From Chiloscyllium plagiosum (lineage: Eukaryota), in the NCBI RefSeq assembly GCF_004010195.1, contig NC_057749.1, forward strand, positions 21,540,370 to 21,604,369: 64,000 nucleotides of DNA. Reading direction: 5' to 3'. This document shows, in pieces, positions 61,779 through 64,000 of this stretch. The position numbers and the translations under genes were made by a program. How positions within the stretch are numbered: the stretch's first letter is position 1; each line of letters starts with the position of its first letter. Under the pieces are notes generated by a model. It did no database searches. It was not told the origin of the DNA and saw only the letters and a program-made list of their open reading frames with translations.

Positions 61779-62136
61779 CAATCTACTCATGGGAGCTTGC
61801 TGTGTGTAAATTGGCAGTTGTGTTTCTAAAATTAATTCAGCAACATTTCATGAATATTATTGGCCATAAGTTGACTTTAGAACAGCCTGAATGGCACTAT
61901 ATAAATGCACTACAATAGTCCATCAATACGACCCACTGTAAGGTGCTACATTTTCATTGAAACACTGAGTTGATGATATTTGTTGGGGCTGGACTGTCCA
62001 TAGTGAAACAATGGCATTCAATCAGCTCTCCCAGCAACACATTCTCGACCCACATTCAATCAGCTCTGTTACTTTTCAGTATGAAAGAACATTACACAGC
62101 ATCAATCTCTTACAAGCGTTTCTCTTCACTTTCCAG

Positions 62137-62190
62137 ATTACAGTGCCTGTGGATAATAAATCCATGACAGAATGCCAAAAGAAGAATTTG
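62137..62190 (+). CDS. sema7a: Semaphorin-7A-like paralog B, exon 3
   Basis: Strong acceptor tttctcttcactttccag| and donor TTG|gtgagt. 54 nt, phase 0-0, ITVPVDNKSMTECQKKNL. Matches the short semaphorin exon 3 carrying the first conserved Cys (compare class 3 IxWPV...ECK). Confidence 0.75.
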
Positions 62191-63219
62191 GTGAGTTACG
62201 CTCTGAAAAACATTCATGCCTGTTTCACTTTGTTGAAACGCAACAGTTAAAAGATATCTCTTGCAAGTTTCTGTGCCAGTTTTATAATCGACTTTTTATA
62301 CAGTTTCGTTTTCTCGTGTTTGACTGTTATTACAATGGCCAAACCATCCTCCTGTGGGATAGATAAACCCATTCCCCGATCAGGGCTGCCTTTCCTGCAC
62401 CATTCCTGAATTCTCACTCTGTTCCTCAGTGATTTACCATAACCAGGTGATCGCATGGAGCTGTTAGTGAGGGGGCAGCTTGTGAATTGTGAGCAGGGGT
62501 TTGAATGATTTGTAAGAGGTGGATAAACGGACAACAGAATTACATGAGTTGTGAGCCTGGCACTGACAGTCTCTGACCTCCCAGAGACCCCTCGATGGAT
62601 GGCACCTTATTGGGATGAAGCGGGTTAATTATTCCACCAAGTCCCTGAAGCCAAGCGATAGCTTCCTCATTTGCTAACCCCAGAGTCTGGAGAGGAAACA
62701 ATGGATCAGTATTTACCCTTCTGAGCCCCTCATATTGGTTCCTATGCACTTTCAAGAAAGGGAATGATCCAACCATCAGACTCAACTCCAAGATAAAATT
62801 AAAGGATTCCGAAAGGTTACCCATCCCCTCACCACAACCCCAGCACCGTGTTCCCTTCCCCACTCTCAAAACATAGCCCCTGGCCCCCTGCCTTCCTCTC
62901 ACCTTAAGCCTGCTTTCCCCCCTCTCCCAGCCCCTCTTCCCCCCAGCTCCCAGCAGCACCTGCCATCAACCCCTGGGCCCTGACCCCTGACCCCAGCTTG
63001 TGGAATCCCAGCCTCCCTCAGAACTGTCAATGTCAACACTGAACAACCTTCTGGTCAGCTGTCCATATCCTACTTGCTAATGGCCACCAGTTGTCAAGTG
63101 AACCCTGATTGGATGTCTGGTGAGCCAATGGAGTTTGGTGTTTGTGAGAAGTTGTGCCTTGGGAAATGGTTATCCAAAGAAACTGCAGCACTTCGTGGTG
63201 TGCCTTGGTGCGCATGCAC

Positions 63220-63341
63220 ATGTGTGTGTGTGTGTGTGTGTGTCTGTGTGTGTCTGTGTGTGTGNTATGTGTGTCTGTGTCTGTGTGTGTGTCTGGGGTG
63301 TGTGTGTGTGTGTCTGTGTGTGTGTACGCGCACGTGTGTGT
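63220..63341. repeat. (TG)n microsatellite
   Basis: Directly visible. Confidence 0.95.
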
Positions 63342-64000
63342 CAAGTGTTGCCACCCCAGCGAGGTTGGAATCGTGCAGTTAGTTTGTTGGGCGTGTTGTG
63401 GTGAGTTGGCATTGAGACTTTTCACATCATTTATATAGAAGCCTGTCAGAACATATTCCAAACAAATGCGCTTTTGATTAGTTTCTTCAGTTTGCTGTTT
63501 CCTTGACGATATTCATGGTCTGCATTTAACTTCAGGGGTACTGTCAGAATGTTATCATGGTCCTGCAAAGATTCAACAGAACCCATCTTCTTCTGTGTGG
63601 GACCAATGCCTGGAATCCAAAATGCTGGTCACTCGTAAGTATAGTTTGGCTGACGTTGAATGTCTATTTGTCCAAACTCAGCCTTCCACCTTAATGCTTT
63701 GGCCAAAGAGAGACAAGATGGAGGGGAGCAGAAATCTACTGGCCTGGGTGATAGCATTTATGGGTGAGATTAGACCTCTTGCCTGTCATACAGCCCCCCT
63801 GTTGGATGGCTATTCTGAGATTCTCCACAAATCAAAGTTAACCCACTCGCCCAGCCTCCTCCCACACCCCCCCGAGTGCTTGATGGGGGAATGAGCTTCT
63901 TCAGCTTTTGAGCCAGTGACTACTCACTTTGCCATTTTCCCCGTCTATGGTGTCATTACTGCCAGATGCCAAGTGGTTCTGAACCAGCCAGAGCTGGGAA

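Overview
Repeat-rich eukaryotic genomic DNA, most likely from a shark. This is inferred from about 20 tRNA-headed HE1/V-SINE-like copies with (AATCT)n tails plus abundant CR1, Tx1 and Penelope-like fragments. The only host protein-coding signal I can support is a pair of divergently oriented semaphorin genes, most similar to SEMA7A. The + strand gene has three exons here (40862-40946, 43554-43693, 62137-62190; splice phases 1 and 0 join in frame) and continues beyond the window. A - strand paralog has only its leader exon here (894-810). The two share an inverted promoter+exon-1 block about 40 kb apart: 175 bp upstream of the ATG are identical, and exon 1 differs at only two sites, both amino-acid changing. 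The rest is transposon debris. It includes Penelope RT/GIY-YIG fragments and at least five families of Penelope-type terminal repeats with minimal hammerhead-ribozyme cores, often inserted as palindromes with 13-17 bp target-site duplications. There are also three solo LTRs, a Gypsy-like remnant with inverted LTR ends, a pogo/Tigger-type MITE, microsatellites and two N gaps. All protein and repeat-family calls come from recalled motifs, not database searches, and repeat boundaries without TSDs are approximate. I found no evidence of a wholly new gene system; the best leads are the homogenised divergent semaphorin promoters and the ribozyme-bearing Penelope derivatives.
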